From positions 66,407-130,406 of the forward strand of contig CAWIUK010000003.1 of the NCBI GenBank assembly GCA_963839295.1: a stretch of 64,000 bases of DNA, given 5' to 3'. The notes below the pieces were generated by a model. It did no database searches. It worked only from the letters and a program-made list of their open reading frames with translations, and was not told the DNA's origin. How positions within the stretch are numbered: the stretch's first letter is position 1; each line of letters starts with the position of its first letter. The DNA is from an uncultured Acidobacteriota bacterium (GTDB lineage: Bacteria > Acidobacteriota > Thermoanaerobaculia > UBA5066). Below, one piece after another: positions 44,276-53,428 of this stretch. The translations under genes were made by a program, and so were the position numbers.

Positions 44276-46576
44276 ATGCGTCGGGTGAGGATCGAGGTGC
44301 ACGGCGCCGTCCAGGGAGTCGGTTTCCGCCCATGGGTGTTCCGGATCGCCGCAGAGCTCGGTCTCGCAGGCTGGGTGCGCAACGACATTACGGGCGTTTT
44401 CATAGAGCTGGAGGGCTCGGACGAAGCTCTCGGCGAATTTCGTCGAGCGCTCGACGCCGCTCCTCCGCCGCTCGCGCGCATCCGCGAGATCCTGGAAACT
44501 TCGACGGAGCCGACGAAGGAACGCGGATTCCGCATCCTTCCGAGCGAAGACACCGGCGCGAGGACCGTCCTCGTCCTCCCGGACGTCGCGACGTGCCCCG
44601 CGTGCCTCGCCGAGGTTCTCGACGCGAAGGACCGCCGGCACCTCTACCCCTTCGCGAACTGCACGAACTGCGGCCCGCGATTCACGATCGTGACGGACCT
44701 TCCGTACGACCGGCCCGCGACGACGATGGCCGCGTTCGCTCTCTGCGGCGCGTGCCGGGCCGAGTACGAGGATCCGCGCGACCGCCGCTTCCACGCCCAG
44801 CCGATCGCGTGCCCCGCCTGCGGGCCGACGCTCGAGGCCTGGTCTCCCTCCGGAGAGGTCCTCGCGCGGCGGCACGAGGCGCTTCTCGCGGCCGCCGGCG
44901 CGCTGCGCGCGGGCGCCGTGGTCGCCGTGAAGGGCCTCGGAGGCTTCCACCTGATGTGCGACGCGCGCCGCGCGGACGCGGTGACCGCCCTCCGGCGGCG
45001 GAAACACAGAGAGGAGAAGCCGCTCGCGCTGATGGTGAAGGACGTCGCGATGGCCCGAGGGCTCGCGGACGTGACGGCCGAGTGTGCGGCGCTCCTCGCG
45101 GGGCCCGAGGCGCCGATCGTCCTCCTCCCGCGGCGCGCGGATGCCGAAGTCGCTCCGAACGTCGCGCCGGGCCGACCGGAGCTCGGCCTCATGCTGCCGG
45201 CGACGCCGCTCCACCACCTCCTTCTCCGCGAGACGGGCTTCCCCGTCGTCGCGACGAGCGGCAACCGCAGCGAGGAGCCGATCGCGACCGACGAGCGGGA
45301 GGCTCTCGTCCGCCTCGCGGGAATGGCGGACCTCTTCCTCGTCCACGACCGAGCCGTGGCGCGGCACGTCGACGACAGCGTCGTGCGCGTCTTCGCGGGG
45401 GCTCCCCGTCTCCTGCGGCGCGCGCGCGGCTGGGCGCCGCTGCCGGTGCCGGTCCGCGAGGAGCTCCCCGTGATCCTCGGCGTCGGCGCACACATGAAGA
45501 CGGCCGTCGCGCTGTCCGTCGGGCGGCAGGTCTTCCTCTCGCAGCACGTCGGCGACCTCGAGACGCCTGAGGCGCTCGAGGCTTTCGAGCGCGTGATCGC
45601 CGATTTCGAACGCCTCTGGGACGTCTCCCCGGCGGCCGTCGCGCACGACCTGCACCCGGGCTACGCGTCGACGGCTTTCGCGAAGAGGCTCTCGGAAGAA
45701 CGCGGCATCCCCGCCGTCGCCGTCCAGCACCACCACGCACACCTCGCCGCCTGTCTCGCCGAGAACGAGGCCGAGGGGTCCGCGCTCGGAGTCTGCTGGG
45801 ACGGCACGGGCCTCGGGACCGACGGGACGATCTGGGGCGGCGAGTTCCTGCTCGGGGACGCGGCCGCCTGCACGCGCGTCGCGCACCTGCGCCCATTCCG
45901 GCTGCCCGGCGGCGACGCCGCCGTGAAGGAGCCGAGACGGACCGCTCTCGCGGTTCTCTTCGAAATGCTCGGAGAGAGAGCCTTCGAGCGCGAAGAGCTC
46001 GAGTGCGTGCGATCGTTCTCTGCGGGAGAGCGCGCGGTCCTCGCGCAGATGCTCGCGAAGGGCGTAAACGCGCCCCTCACGACGAGCGCGGGCCGCCTCT
46101 TCGATGCGATCGCCTCGCTCCTGGGAATCGCCCAGAAGACTTCTTTTGAAGGTCAGGCGGCGATGGCTCTCGAAGCGGCAGCCCTGGAAGCGCCGCGGGA
46201 CCGCGTGGAGGCCCTTCCCTTGCCCCTCGCCGTGACACCCGAGGGGTCGGCCATTCTCGACTGGGAGCCGCTGGTCTTCACCCTTCTAGGAGATCTCTCT
46301 CTCGGCGTCCCCCCGTCGCTCCTCGCCGCCCGATTCCACGCCGCGCTCGCGGGCGGCATCGCGGCCGTCGCCGCACATCTCGGCGCGCGCCGCGTCGCCC
46401 TCACCGGCGGGTGCTTCCAGAACAAGCTGCTGACCGAGCTCGCCGCCGCCCGCCTGAAGGCGGCCGGAGTCGAGGTCCTCCTCCACGGAGCCGTCCCGCC
46501 GAACGACGGCGGGATCGGCGTCGGCCAGGTCCTCGTGGCCGCCGGACGCCTGAAGCATCTGCATCGGGAGGATTGA
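44276..46576 (+). CDS. hypF: carbamoyltransferase HypF
   Basis: About 766 aa. Acylphosphatase VQGVGFRPWV, two CxxC-x18-CxxC zinc fingers, and YrdC-like and Kae1-like domains. Start uncertain (ATG 44276 preferred; ATG 44234 also in frame). Confidence 0.92.
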   Translation: MRRVRIEVHGAVQGVGFRPWVFRIAAELGLAGWVRNDITGVFIELEGSDEALGEFRRALDAAPPPLARIREILETSTEPTKERGFRILPSEDTGARTVLVLPDVATCPACLAEVLDAKDRRHLYPFANCTNCGPRFTIVTDLPYDRPATTMAAFALCGACRAEYEDPRDRRFHAQPIACPACGPTLEAWSPSGEVLARRHEALLAAAGALRAGAVVAVKGLGGFHLMCDARRADAVTALRRRKHREEKPLALMVKDVAMARGLADVTAECAALLAGPEAPIVLLPRRADAEVAPNVAPGRPELGLMLPATPLHHLLLRETGFPVVATSGNRSEEPIATDEREALVRLAGMADLFLVHDRAVARHVDDSVVRVFAGAPRLLRRARGWAPLPVPVREELPVILGVGAHMKTAVALSVGRQVFLSQHVGDLETPEALEAFERVIADFERLWDVSPAAVAHDLHPGYASTAFAKRLSEERGIPAVAVQHHHAHLAACLAENEAEGSALGVCWDGTGLGTDGTIWGGEFLLGDAAACTRVAHLRPFRLPGGDAAVKEPRRTALAVLFEMLGERAFEREELECVRSFSAGERAVLAQMLAKGVNAPLTTSAGRLFDAIASLLGIAQKTSFEGQAAMALEAAALEAPRDRVEALPLPLAVTPEGSAILDWEPLVFTLLGDLSLGVPPSLLAARFHAALAGGIAAVAAHLGARRVALTGGCFQNKLLTELAAARLKAAGVEVLLHGAVPPNDGGIGVGQVLVAAGRLKHLHRED

Positions 46577-46615
46577 GACGCGGTCCGCACTAACCTCGCC
46601 GCCGTGGGGTGCACG

Positions 46616-46888
46616 ATGTGCCTTGGCGTCCCCGGTAAGGTCGTGAGCATCGAGCCGAGCGCGGTCGACATGCCGATGGGCGTCGTCTCGTTCGCCGGGA
46701 TCACGAAAGAGGTCTGCTTCGCCTACACGCCGGACATCAAGGTCGGCGAGTACGTCCTCGTGCACGTCGGCTTCGCGATCTCGAAGCTCGACGAGGACCA
46801 CGCCCTCGAGGTCTTCCGGACGCTCAAGGAGATGGGCGAGCTCGGGGATCTCGAGATTCCCCAGCCCTCCGGGGGCGGCACGCCGTGA
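46616..46888 (+). CDS. hypC: hydrogenase assembly chaperone HypC
   Basis: 90 aa starting MCLGVPGKV. The essential Cys2 fixes the start at ATG 46616. Confidence 0.9.
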   Translation: MCLGVPGKVVSIEPSAVDMPMGVVSFAGITKEVCFAYTPDIKVGEYVLVHVGFAISKLDEDHALEVFRTLKEMGELGDLEIPQPSGGGTP

Positions 46889-47970
46889 AGTTCGTCGACG
46901 AGTACCGCCGCGAGGAGGACGCGCAGACTTTCGTCCGCGCCATCCGCGCGAAGGTGACCCGTCCGTGGACCCTCATGGAGATCTGCGGGGGCCAGACGCA
47001 CACGCTCCTGCGCTCCGGGATCGACCGGATGCTCCCGCCCGAGATCACGCTCGTGCACGGCCCGGGCTGCCCCGTCTGCGTCACGCCGCTGACGCAGATC
47101 GACCGCGCGCTCGCGATCGCCGGGCGCGCGAACGTGATCTTCACGTCCTTCGGCGACATGCTCCGCGTGCCCGGCTCGACGACCGACCTCCTGACGGTCA
47201 AGGCGAAGGGCGGCGACGTGCGGATGGTCTACTCGCCGCTCGACGCCGTGACGCTCGCGCGCCAGAACCCGGAGAAGGAAGTCGTCTTCTTCGCGGTCGG
47301 GTTCGAGACGACGGCTCCCGCGAATGCGATGGCCGTGAAGCACGCGAAGGCGCTCGGCCTCACGAACTTCTCCGTCCTCGCCTCGCACGTCCTCGTTCCG
47401 CCCGCGATGGAGGCGATCCTCTCGTCGCCCCTGAACCGCGTGCAGGGGTTCCTCCTCGCCGGACACGTCTGCACGGTCATGGGCTGGACGGAGTACGAGC
47501 CGCTCGGCGCGCGCTTCAAGATCCCGATGATCGTCACGGGGTTCGAGCCGCTCGACCTCCTGCAGGGCATCTACATGGCCGTCGACGCGCTCGAGAGCGG
47601 GCGCGTGGGCGTCGAGAACCAGTACGTCCGGACCGTCACGCGCGAGGGGAACCCCGACGCCCGCGCCGTCGTGAACGAGGTGTTCGAGACGTGCGACCGC
47701 GCGTGGCGCGGGATCGGCGTCATCCCGAAGAGCGGCTACCGCCTCAGGCCCGAGCTCGCCGCGTACGACGCGACGCTGAAGTTCGAGGTCGGCGCAATCA
47801 CGACCGAAGAGCCGAAAGAGTGCATCGCGGGCGAGATCATGCAGGGTCTGAAGCGTCCCAGCGCGTGCTCCGCGTTCGGGTCCCGCTGCACGCCCGAGCA
47901 TCCGCTCGGCGCTCCGATGGTGTCCTCCGAGGGAGCCTGCGCCGCCTACTGGCTCTACGCGAGGGCCTGA
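46885..47970 (+). CDS. hypD: hydrogenase maturation protein HypD
   Basis: 361 aa. [17 protein letters not shown] and [12 protein letters not shown] motifs. GTGA overlap with hypC. Confidence 0.93.
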   Translation: MKFVDEYRREEDAQTFVRAIRAKVTRPWTLMEICGGQTHTLLRSGIDRMLPPEITLVHGPGCPVCVTPLTQIDRALAIAGRANVIFTSFGDMLRVPGSTTDLLTVKAKGGDVRMVYSPLDAVTLARQNPEKEVVFFAVGFETTAPANAMAVKHAKALGLTNFSVLASHVLVPPAMEAILSSPLNRVQGFLLAGHVCTVMGWTEYEPLGARFKIPMIVTGFEPLDLLQGIYMAVDALESGRVGVENQYVRTVTREGNPDARAVVNEVFETCDRAWRGIGVIPKSGYRLRPELAAYDATLKFEVGAITTEEPKECIAGEIMQGLKRPSACSAFGSRCTPEHPLGAPMVSSEGACAAYWLYARA

Positions 47971-49061
47971 TGGCCGAAGCGAAGCCGCCTTCCCCGCAGG
48001 ACCTCGGCGCCGCCCTCGCGGCGGCGTCCTGCCCCGTGCCCGCGGCGTCCGCCGCCGGAACGATCCTCATGGCACACGGCGGCGGCGGACGCCTGACGCA
48101 GCGCCTCATCGAGAGCGTCTTCCTGAAGAGCTTCGACAACCCGGCGCTCCGCGAGATGCACGACGGCGCGATCCTCGAGGCCGGCGGCGTCCGCCTCGCG
48201 TTCTCGACGGATTCGTTCGTGATCCACCCGCTCTTCTTCCCCGGGGGCGACATCGGCTCCCTCGCCGTGCACGGCACCGTGAACGACCTCGCGATGTGCG
48301 GCGCGCAGCCGCTCGGCCTCTCGGCGGGCCTCATCCTCGAGGAGGGGCTGCCGATCGCGGATCTCGAGCGGATCGTCGCCTCGATGCAGCGCGCGGCCGC
48401 GGGCGCGGGCGCCTCGATCGTCACGGGCGACACGAAGGTCGTCGACCGCGGCAAGGGCGACGGCGTCTTCGTGAACGTGACCGGCGTCGGGATCGTCCCG
48501 CCCGGCGTCGTGATCTCGCCGCGCCGCGCCGCGCCGGGCGACGTCGTCCTCGTGAGCGGCGAGATTGCCGTCCACGGGATCGCGATCATGTCGCTGCGCG
48601 AGGGCCTGCGTTTCGAGACGACGCTCGAGAGCGACACGGCCGCGCTGAACGGCCTCGTCGCGGACCTCCTCGCGGCCGCGGGCAGCGCCGTCCACGTCCT
48701 GCGCGACCCGACGCGCGGCGGCGTCGCCTCGACGCTGAACGAGATCGCGGGCCAGGCCGCCGTCGGGATCCGGCTCGAAGAGACGCGGCTCCCGATCGCC
48801 GAGGAGGTGCGCGGCGCCTGCGAGATCCTCGGCCTCGACCCGCTCTACGTCGCGAACGAGGGCAAGCTCCTCGCGATCGTCGCGCCGGACGCCGCGGACG
48901 CGGCGCTCGCGGCGCTCCGGGCCCACCCCCTCGGCGCAAAAGCCGCCGCGATCGGCGCGGTCGTCGCGGAGGGCCCCGGACGCGTGACGCTGAAGAGCCG
49001 CATCGGCGGGACGCGCATCGTGGACCTCCTCACGGGCGAGCAGCTCCCGAGGATCTGCTGA
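47970..49061 (+). CDS. hypE: hydrogenase maturation protein HypE
   Basis: 363 aa. AIR-synthase-like fold and the diagnostic C-terminal PRIC. TGATG overlap with hypD. Confidence 0.93.
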   Translation: MAEAKPPSPQDLGAALAAASCPVPAASAAGTILMAHGGGGRLTQRLIESVFLKSFDNPALREMHDGAILEAGGVRLAFSTDSFVIHPLFFPGGDIGSLAVHGTVNDLAMCGAQPLGLSAGLILEEGLPIADLERIVASMQRAAAGAGASIVTGDTKVVDRGKGDGVFVNVTGVGIVPPGVVISPRRAAPGDVVLVSGEIAVHGIAIMSLREGLRFETTLESDTAALNGLVADLLAAAGSAVHVLRDPTRGGVASTLNEIAGQAAVGIRLEETRLPIAEEVRGACEILGLDPLYVANEGKLLAIVAPDAADAALAALRAHPLGAKAAAIGAVVAEGPGRVTLKSRIGGTRIVDLLTGEQLPRIC

Positions 49062-49062
49062 C

Positions 49063-49446
49063 GTGCACGAGATGGGCGTCGCCGCCGAAGTGCGCCGCAT
49101 CGCGCGCGAGTCCGTCGCGGACCGGGGCCCCGGCCGGATCACGTGCGTCCGCCTCGCGGTCGGCGACCTCGCGGCCATCGAGCCCGAGCTCCTGACGTAC
49201 GCGTGGAACGCGCTCGTCCAGGGAACGTCCGAGGAGGGTGCGACGCTCGAGGTCGACTGGAGGCCCGCGAAGCAGTCGTGCCGCATCTGCGGCGACCTGC
49301 CCGGACGGGCGCCCGGCACGTGGCTGCGCCTGTGCCCCCGTTGCGACGGGCTCCTGCGCGTGACCGGAGGCGACGACCTCGACGTCCTCTCGGTCGTCTT
49401 CGAGGAGGATGATGTCGTGCAAGGGACGGAGAAAGGAGCGCGATGA
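49063..49446 (+). CDS. hypA: hydrogenase nickel-insertion protein HypA
   Basis: 127 aa, GTG start giving MHEMG. Zn site CRICG...CPRCDG. Confidence 0.88.
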   Translation: MHEMGVAAEVRRIARESVADRGPGRITCVRLAVGDLAAIEPELLTYAWNALVQGTSEEGATLEVDWRPAKQSCRICGDLPGRAPGTWLRLCPRCDGLLRVTGGDDLDVLSVVFEEDDVVQGTEKGAR

Positions 49447-50147
49447 CCGAGGTGGACGTGAAACAGAAGGTGCTGGCGGCGAACGCCTCCGCGGCCGCCG
49501 CGCTGCGCGAGACGTTCTCGCGCTCGGGCACGCTCGTCGTGAACCTCATTTCCTCGCCGGGCTCCGGCAAGACGACGCTCCTCGAGAAGACGGTCGCCGC
49601 GCTGAAGGGCTCGCTCCGTCTCGGCGGCCTCGAGGGCGACATCGCGACCGAGCGCGACGCCGAGCGCCTCCGCAAGATGGGCATCCCGGCGCGGCAGATC
49701 CTGACGGGCGGCTCCTGCCATCTCGACGCGCGCCAGGTCGAGCGCGCGCTCGCCGAGGAGGACGGCCGCCTCTCGAACCTCGACATCCTCTTCATCGAAA
49801 ACGTCGGGAACCTCATCTGCCCCACGGGCTACGACCTCGGCGAGGACTTCAAGATCGTCCTTCTCTCCGTCACCGAGGGCGAGGACAAGCCGTTCAAGTA
49901 CCCGGCGATCTTCTCGAAGGCCGCCGTCACGATCGTCACCAAGATCGACCTCCTGCCGTACGTCCCGTTCGACCTGCCGGCCGTCCGCGAGCAGGTCGCG
50001 ACGCTCGCGCCCGAGGGCCGTCTCGTCGAGGTCTCCGCGACGAGCGGCGCCGGGATGGACGCGTGGCTCCGGCTCCTGACGGACGCGCTCGCGAAGAAGC
50101 GCGCGGGGGCTCCCGCGGCGCGAGAGGCGGCGAGGACCGCTTCGTGA
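49443..50147 (+). CDS. hypB: hydrogenase nickel-insertion GTPase HypB
   Basis: 234 aa. P-loop SSPGSGKTTLL, ENVGNLICP and TKIDLLPY. No His-rich N-terminus. ATGA overlap with hypA. Confidence 0.92.
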   Translation: MTEVDVKQKVLAANASAAAALRETFSRSGTLVVNLISSPGSGKTTLLEKTVAALKGSLRLGGLEGDIATERDAERLRKMGIPARQILTGGSCHLDARQVERALAEEDGRLSNLDILFIENVGNLICPTGYDLGEDFKIVLLSVTEGEDKPFKYPAIFSKAAVTIVTKIDLLPYVPFDLPAVREQVATLAPEGRLVEVSATSGAGMDAWLRLLTDALAKKRAGAPAAREAARTAS

Positions 50148-50545
50148 GCGGCGTCGACCGCCGCGTGCTCCTCCGGGCGTTCGCGGGAGGCGGCGCGCTC
50201 GTCGCGGCCGCAGCCTTCGCTGGCTGCTCGAAGAAGCCGGCGCTCAAGCCGACGCAGGCGCTCGTCCCGCTGTCCCAGGTCCCGAAGGAGGGCCGCACGA
50301 AGGTCCTCGTCGCCGGCAGGCCCGTCGAGCTCCAGCGCACGGAGCAGGGCGTCGTCGCCCGTTCGCTCCTCTGCTCGCATTTCGGCTGCACCGTCGCCTG
50401 GCACGAGGAGCGGCAGGCGTACCTCTGCCCGTGCCACGAGGGCGTCTACGACGCGAGCGGCGCGGTCGTCGCCGGGCCTCCTCCCCGGGGGCTCGCGAGC
50501 GTCCCCGTCGTCGTCGCCGGAAACGACCTCATCGTGGGGGCCTGA
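50144..50545 (+). CDS. Rieske [2Fe-2S] protein with TAT-like signal and lipobox
   Basis: 133 aa from GTG 50144 (GTGA overlap with the hypB stop). RRVLLRAFAGGGALVAAAAFAGC signal/lipobox. Rieske motifs CSHFGC and CPCHEG. Confidence 0.8.
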   Translation: MSGVDRRVLLRAFAGGGALVAAAAFAGCSKKPALKPTQALVPLSQVPKEGRTKVLVAGRPVELQRTEQGVVARSLLCSHFGCTVAWHEERQAYLCPCHEGVYDASGAVVAGPPPRGLASVPVVVAGNDLIVGA

Positions 50546-51195
50546 TGGCGGACGGCCTGTTCCTGACGCTCGCGGGCGCGGCCGTCGCGGTCGGCGCGCT
50601 CCACACGCTCGCGCCCGACCACTGGGTGCCGTTCGCGGCCATCGCCCGCGCGCAGCAGTGGTCCGCGGCGAAGACGGCGCGGATCACGCTTCTCTGCGGT
50701 TTCGGCCACGTGTCGGTCTCGGCGCTCCTCGGCCTCCTCGGTCTCCTGTTCGGGCGCGCGATCTTCGAGCGTGCCGGCGCGCGGATGGAGGCCGTCGCGG
50801 GGATCCTCCTCGTGGGATTCGGCCTCGCCTACGGCGTCTGGGGGATGCGCCGCGCCGCCGGACGCCGCGTCCACGGCCACGCGCACGCGCATTACGACCA
50901 CGTTCACGACGCGTCGAAGACGACCGCGTGGTCGCTCTTCCTCCTCTTCTCCGCGGATCCCTGCGTCGCGGTGATCCCGCTCCTGTTCGCGGCCGCTCCG
51001 CTCGGCACGGCACCCACGGTCGGAATCGTCCTCCTCTACGAGGCGGCGACGATCGGGACGATGATCGCCCTCGTCCTTCCCGCCCGCGCGGGCTTCCAGC
51101 GGCTGCGGTTCCCGTGGCTCGACCACTGGGGCGACGCAGTCGCGGGCGGCCTCATCGTGGCGACGGGCCTCGTCGTCATGGCCCTCGGGATCTGA
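50545..51195 (+). CDS. 6-TM membrane protein with a His-rich loop, putative Ni/Co transporter
   Basis: 216 aa from ATG 50545 (TGATG overlap with the Rieske stop). HTLAPDHW in TM1. Loop HGHAHAHYDHVHD. Function inferred from motifs and hyp-operon context only. Confidence 0.65.
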   Translation: MADGLFLTLAGAAVAVGALHTLAPDHWVPFAAIARAQQWSAAKTARITLLCGFGHVSVSALLGLLGLLFGRAIFERAGARMEAVAGILLVGFGLAYGVWGMRRAAGRRVHGHAHAHYDHVHDASKTTAWSLFLLFSADPCVAVIPLLFAAAPLGTAPTVGIVLLYEAATIGTMIALVLPARAGFQRLRFPWLDHWGDAVAGGLIVATGLVVMALGI

Positions 51196-51264
51196 CGACC
51201 GGCCCCGGGCGCCGTCTCGCCTCGCGGCGCGCATTCGACCCGGCGGCCTGATGCGCCTGCATCA

Positions 51265-51292
51265 CTTGACGGACGCCATCGAATCTCCCCAT
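51265..51292 (+). promoter_or_regulatory. candidate sigma-32 (RpoH)-type heat-shock promoter for hsp20
   Basis: CTTGAC (51265-51270), a 16-nt spacer, then CCCCAT (51287-51292). Compare the E. coli consensus CTTGAA-N13-17-CCCCATNT. It lies 76 nt upstream of the hsp20 ATG. Confidence 0.4.
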
Positions 51293-51367
51293 GGGTGTAA
51301 TGGAACGGACGACGTACCCGGGTTTTCGTTCCCTCCGTTCGCGTACGGCAGAAAAAGGGAGGCTTGC

Positions 51368-51841
51368 ATGCTGACGCGCTGGAACGACCCGCTCAAGGAC
51401 ATCAAGGCGCTGCAAAACCAGGTCACGCGGATGCTCGGGGACTTCCCCGCCGGCCTCCGCCCGGACGACATGCCCACGGCCAACTGGGCGCCGCCGGCCG
51501 ACGTCGTCGAGACCGACGATCGTTTGAGCTTTTCCTTCGAGGTGCCCGGCTTCCGGCAGGAGGAATTGACCCTCCACGTCGAGAACGGGATCCTGTCTCT
51601 CGAGGGAGACCGAAAGTTCGAGGAGGAGACGAAGGACAAGAACTACCACAGGATCGAGCGCGCGTACGGGCACTTCCTGCGCTCGTTCGCGCTCCCGATG
51701 AACGTCGACACGGGCAAGGTCTCGGCTTCGCTGGCCGACGGCGTGCTCAAGGTCGACATTCCCAAGCGGGAAGAGGCGAAGCCGAAGGCGATTCCCATCG
51801 GGTCCGGCTCGCCCAAGCCCCTCGCGGCGGGAAAGAAGTAG
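51368..51841 (+). CDS. Hsp20/alpha-crystallin small heat-shock protein
   Basis: 157 aa from MLTRWNDP (AAGGGAGG RBS). Alpha-crystallin core WAPPADVVETDD...HRIERAYGHFLRSFALP...GVLKVDIPK. Confidence 0.92.
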   Translation: MLTRWNDPLKDIKALQNQVTRMLGDFPAGLRPDDMPTANWAPPADVVETDDRLSFSFEVPGFRQEELTLHVENGILSLEGDRKFEEETKDKNYHRIERAYGHFLRSFALPMNVDTGKVSASLADGVLKVDIPKREEAKPKAIPIGSGSPKPLAAGKK

Positions 51842-51882
51842 CGCGAGGGTTCCCGGAACCGCGCTCCGGCGCCAGGCCGGAG
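51841..51882. terminator. two adjacent GC-rich hairpins between convergent genes (possible bidirectional terminator)
   Basis: GCGC-GAG-GGTTCC-C-GGAACC-GCGC (51841-51864), then CTCCGGC-loop-GCCGGAG (51864-51882). No U-tract. Confidence 0.3.
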
Positions 51883-51935
51883 CGATCTTCGCGGGCGGCG
51901 CGGGACCGGGCGCGCCGCCCGCACCGTCTCCGGGA

Positions 51936-53183
51936 CTAGGCGCCCGCGGCGACGCCACCCTTCGGCCGGCGCTTCCACGCGACGTAGGGCTTCGCAAGCG
52001 TGCGCAGGGCCGCGAGCTTCGTCTCGTAGACGCGCGACGCGAACGTGGGCGGCACGAGCTCCGCGGCCTCCTCGGGCTGGACGACGAGCGAGACCTGGAT
52101 GCCGGGCAGGATCCCGACCGGGAGACCGGCCCGCGTGACGGCCCGCCAGAGGTACGCGAAGACGTCCTTCATGTCGTCCGGGTTCGGCGGGGACACGTGC
52201 TCCATCGCGCTGCCGAGCGTCGGCCGGAAGATGCAGACGGTCGGGAACGCGCCCGCGTTCACGATGCGGTCGATCGCGCGCTTCGTCGCGTCGATCGGCT
52301 CGGGGCCGGCGATGATCTCGCCCGACACCTTCCCGGGGCCGAGCTTGCCGGCCGTGTACTCCATCGCCTCGAAGAACGCGTGCTGGCCGACCGTCTGCGC
52401 TTTCCCCGGACACAGGCTCGCGAAGATCTCGGGGTCCTCGAACTCGTAGCAGAACGAGAAGTGGTCGGTCCCGGCGGCGATGAGGTCGTCGTACTCGCCG
52501 AACTTGCGGCGAGGGACGGGCACGGCCTGCACGCCGATGAAGCCGCCCACCTGCTGGCGGATCGCCTTCACGAACGGCTCGCACTGCCTGAGGCCGTGCA
52601 GCGACTCGAGCTTGTCGACGTCCTCGAAATGGTAGCCCGTGTTCAGGTGCGTGAAGATCGACCCGGAGCGGTCGCGCGCGGCCTGCGCGACCTCGATCAC
52701 GTCCTCGACCTTCTTGCGCGACTCCTCGGCGTCGCCGACGTTCCGGCCCGTCGTGCAGAACGCGCAGGCGGGAGAGGCCGGCAGGTTCCAGTAGAGGCAG
52801 GCGTTCGACACGTAGATCCCGAGGTACGTGCCCTGCAGGACGCCGATCCGGCTCATCTCCGTCCCGGACGTCGTCTTCCACGAGTACCACTCGGGCTCCG
52901 GCGGGATCTCGACGGCGTAGGCGTCGCCCGTCCGCGTGTCCGTGACCGCGTACGCGCTCCCGTTCTTGACGAGGAGGAACGGCGACGACGCCGCGAACGG
53001 CTCGACGACCGGGACGTTCATCCAGATCTTCTTCCGCGCCGACGGGATGACGATCTCGAGGCCCGACCCGAGCCCGGCGCGCGTTCGCGCGATGCGCCGC
53101 CCGTCCTCGTCCACGTGGCAGGACTCGTCGATGCGCATTCCGAGGCAGAACAGCTCGATCTCGAGCTCGACGGGCTTCAGCAT
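51936..53183 (-). CDS. radical-SAM-like Fe-S enzyme with a non-canonical CX10CX2C motif (possibly MSMEG_0568-like family)
   Basis: 415 aa. Motif CLYWNLPASPACAFC is encoded at 52755-52799. The downstream pattern is typical of a radical-SAM TIM barrel (FSFCYEFEDPEIF, GEIIAGPEP, PTVCIFRPTLGS). Family assignment is from memory and not verified. Confidence 0.6.
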   Translation of the reverse strand: MLKPVELEIELFCLGMRIDESCHVDEDGRRIARTRAGLGSGLEIVIPSARKKIWMNVPVVEPFAASSPFLLVKNGSAYAVTDTRTGDAYAVEIPPEPEWYSWKTTSGTEMSRIGVLQGTYLGIYVSNACLYWNLPASPACAFCTTGRNVGDAEESRKKVEDVIEVAQAARDRSGSIFTHLNTGYHFEDVDKLESLHGLRQCEPFVKAIRQQVGGFIGVQAVPVPRRKFGEYDDLIAAGTDHFSFCYEFEDPEIFASLCPGKAQTVGQHAFFEAMEYTAGKLGPGKVSGEIIAGPEPIDATKRAIDRIVNAGAFPTVCIFRPTLGSAMEHVSPPNPDDMKDVFAYLWRAVTRAGLPVGILPGIQVSLVVQPEEAAELVPPTFASRVYETKLAALRTLAKPYVAWKRRPKGGVAAGA

Positions 53184-53194
53184 GGAACCAACCC

Positions 53195-53398
53195 CTATCC
53201 CTTCAGTCGTTTGCGCCGGGGGAGGAGGTCGTTCACCTCGCGCAGCGCGAGATCCAGCCCCTTCTCGATGCCCTCAGGCTCCTCGCCGCGCAGCTTCTTC
53301 ATCGCGAATTCGTCCCTGAGGCGCTGCAGCTTGTGCGCGAGCGCCCAGAGGATCGTCTCGACGGCTTTCTGCTCGTCTTCGGTCCGGCCCTTCGACAT
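53195..53398 (-). CDS. small helical protein, unknown function (11 nt upstream of the radical-SAM-like gene)
   Basis: 67 aa: MSKGRTEDEQKAVETILWALAHKLQRLRDEFAMKKLRGEEPEGIEKGLDLALREVNDLLPRRKRLKG. GC3-rich codons. No Cys. Confidence 0.45.
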   Translation of the reverse strand: MSKGRTEDEQKAVETILWALAHKLQRLRDEFAMKKLRGEEPEGIEKGLDLALREVNDLLPRRKRLKG

Positions 53399-53428
53399 CC
53401 CCCGGATTCTGAACCAAGATCGCCCCGC

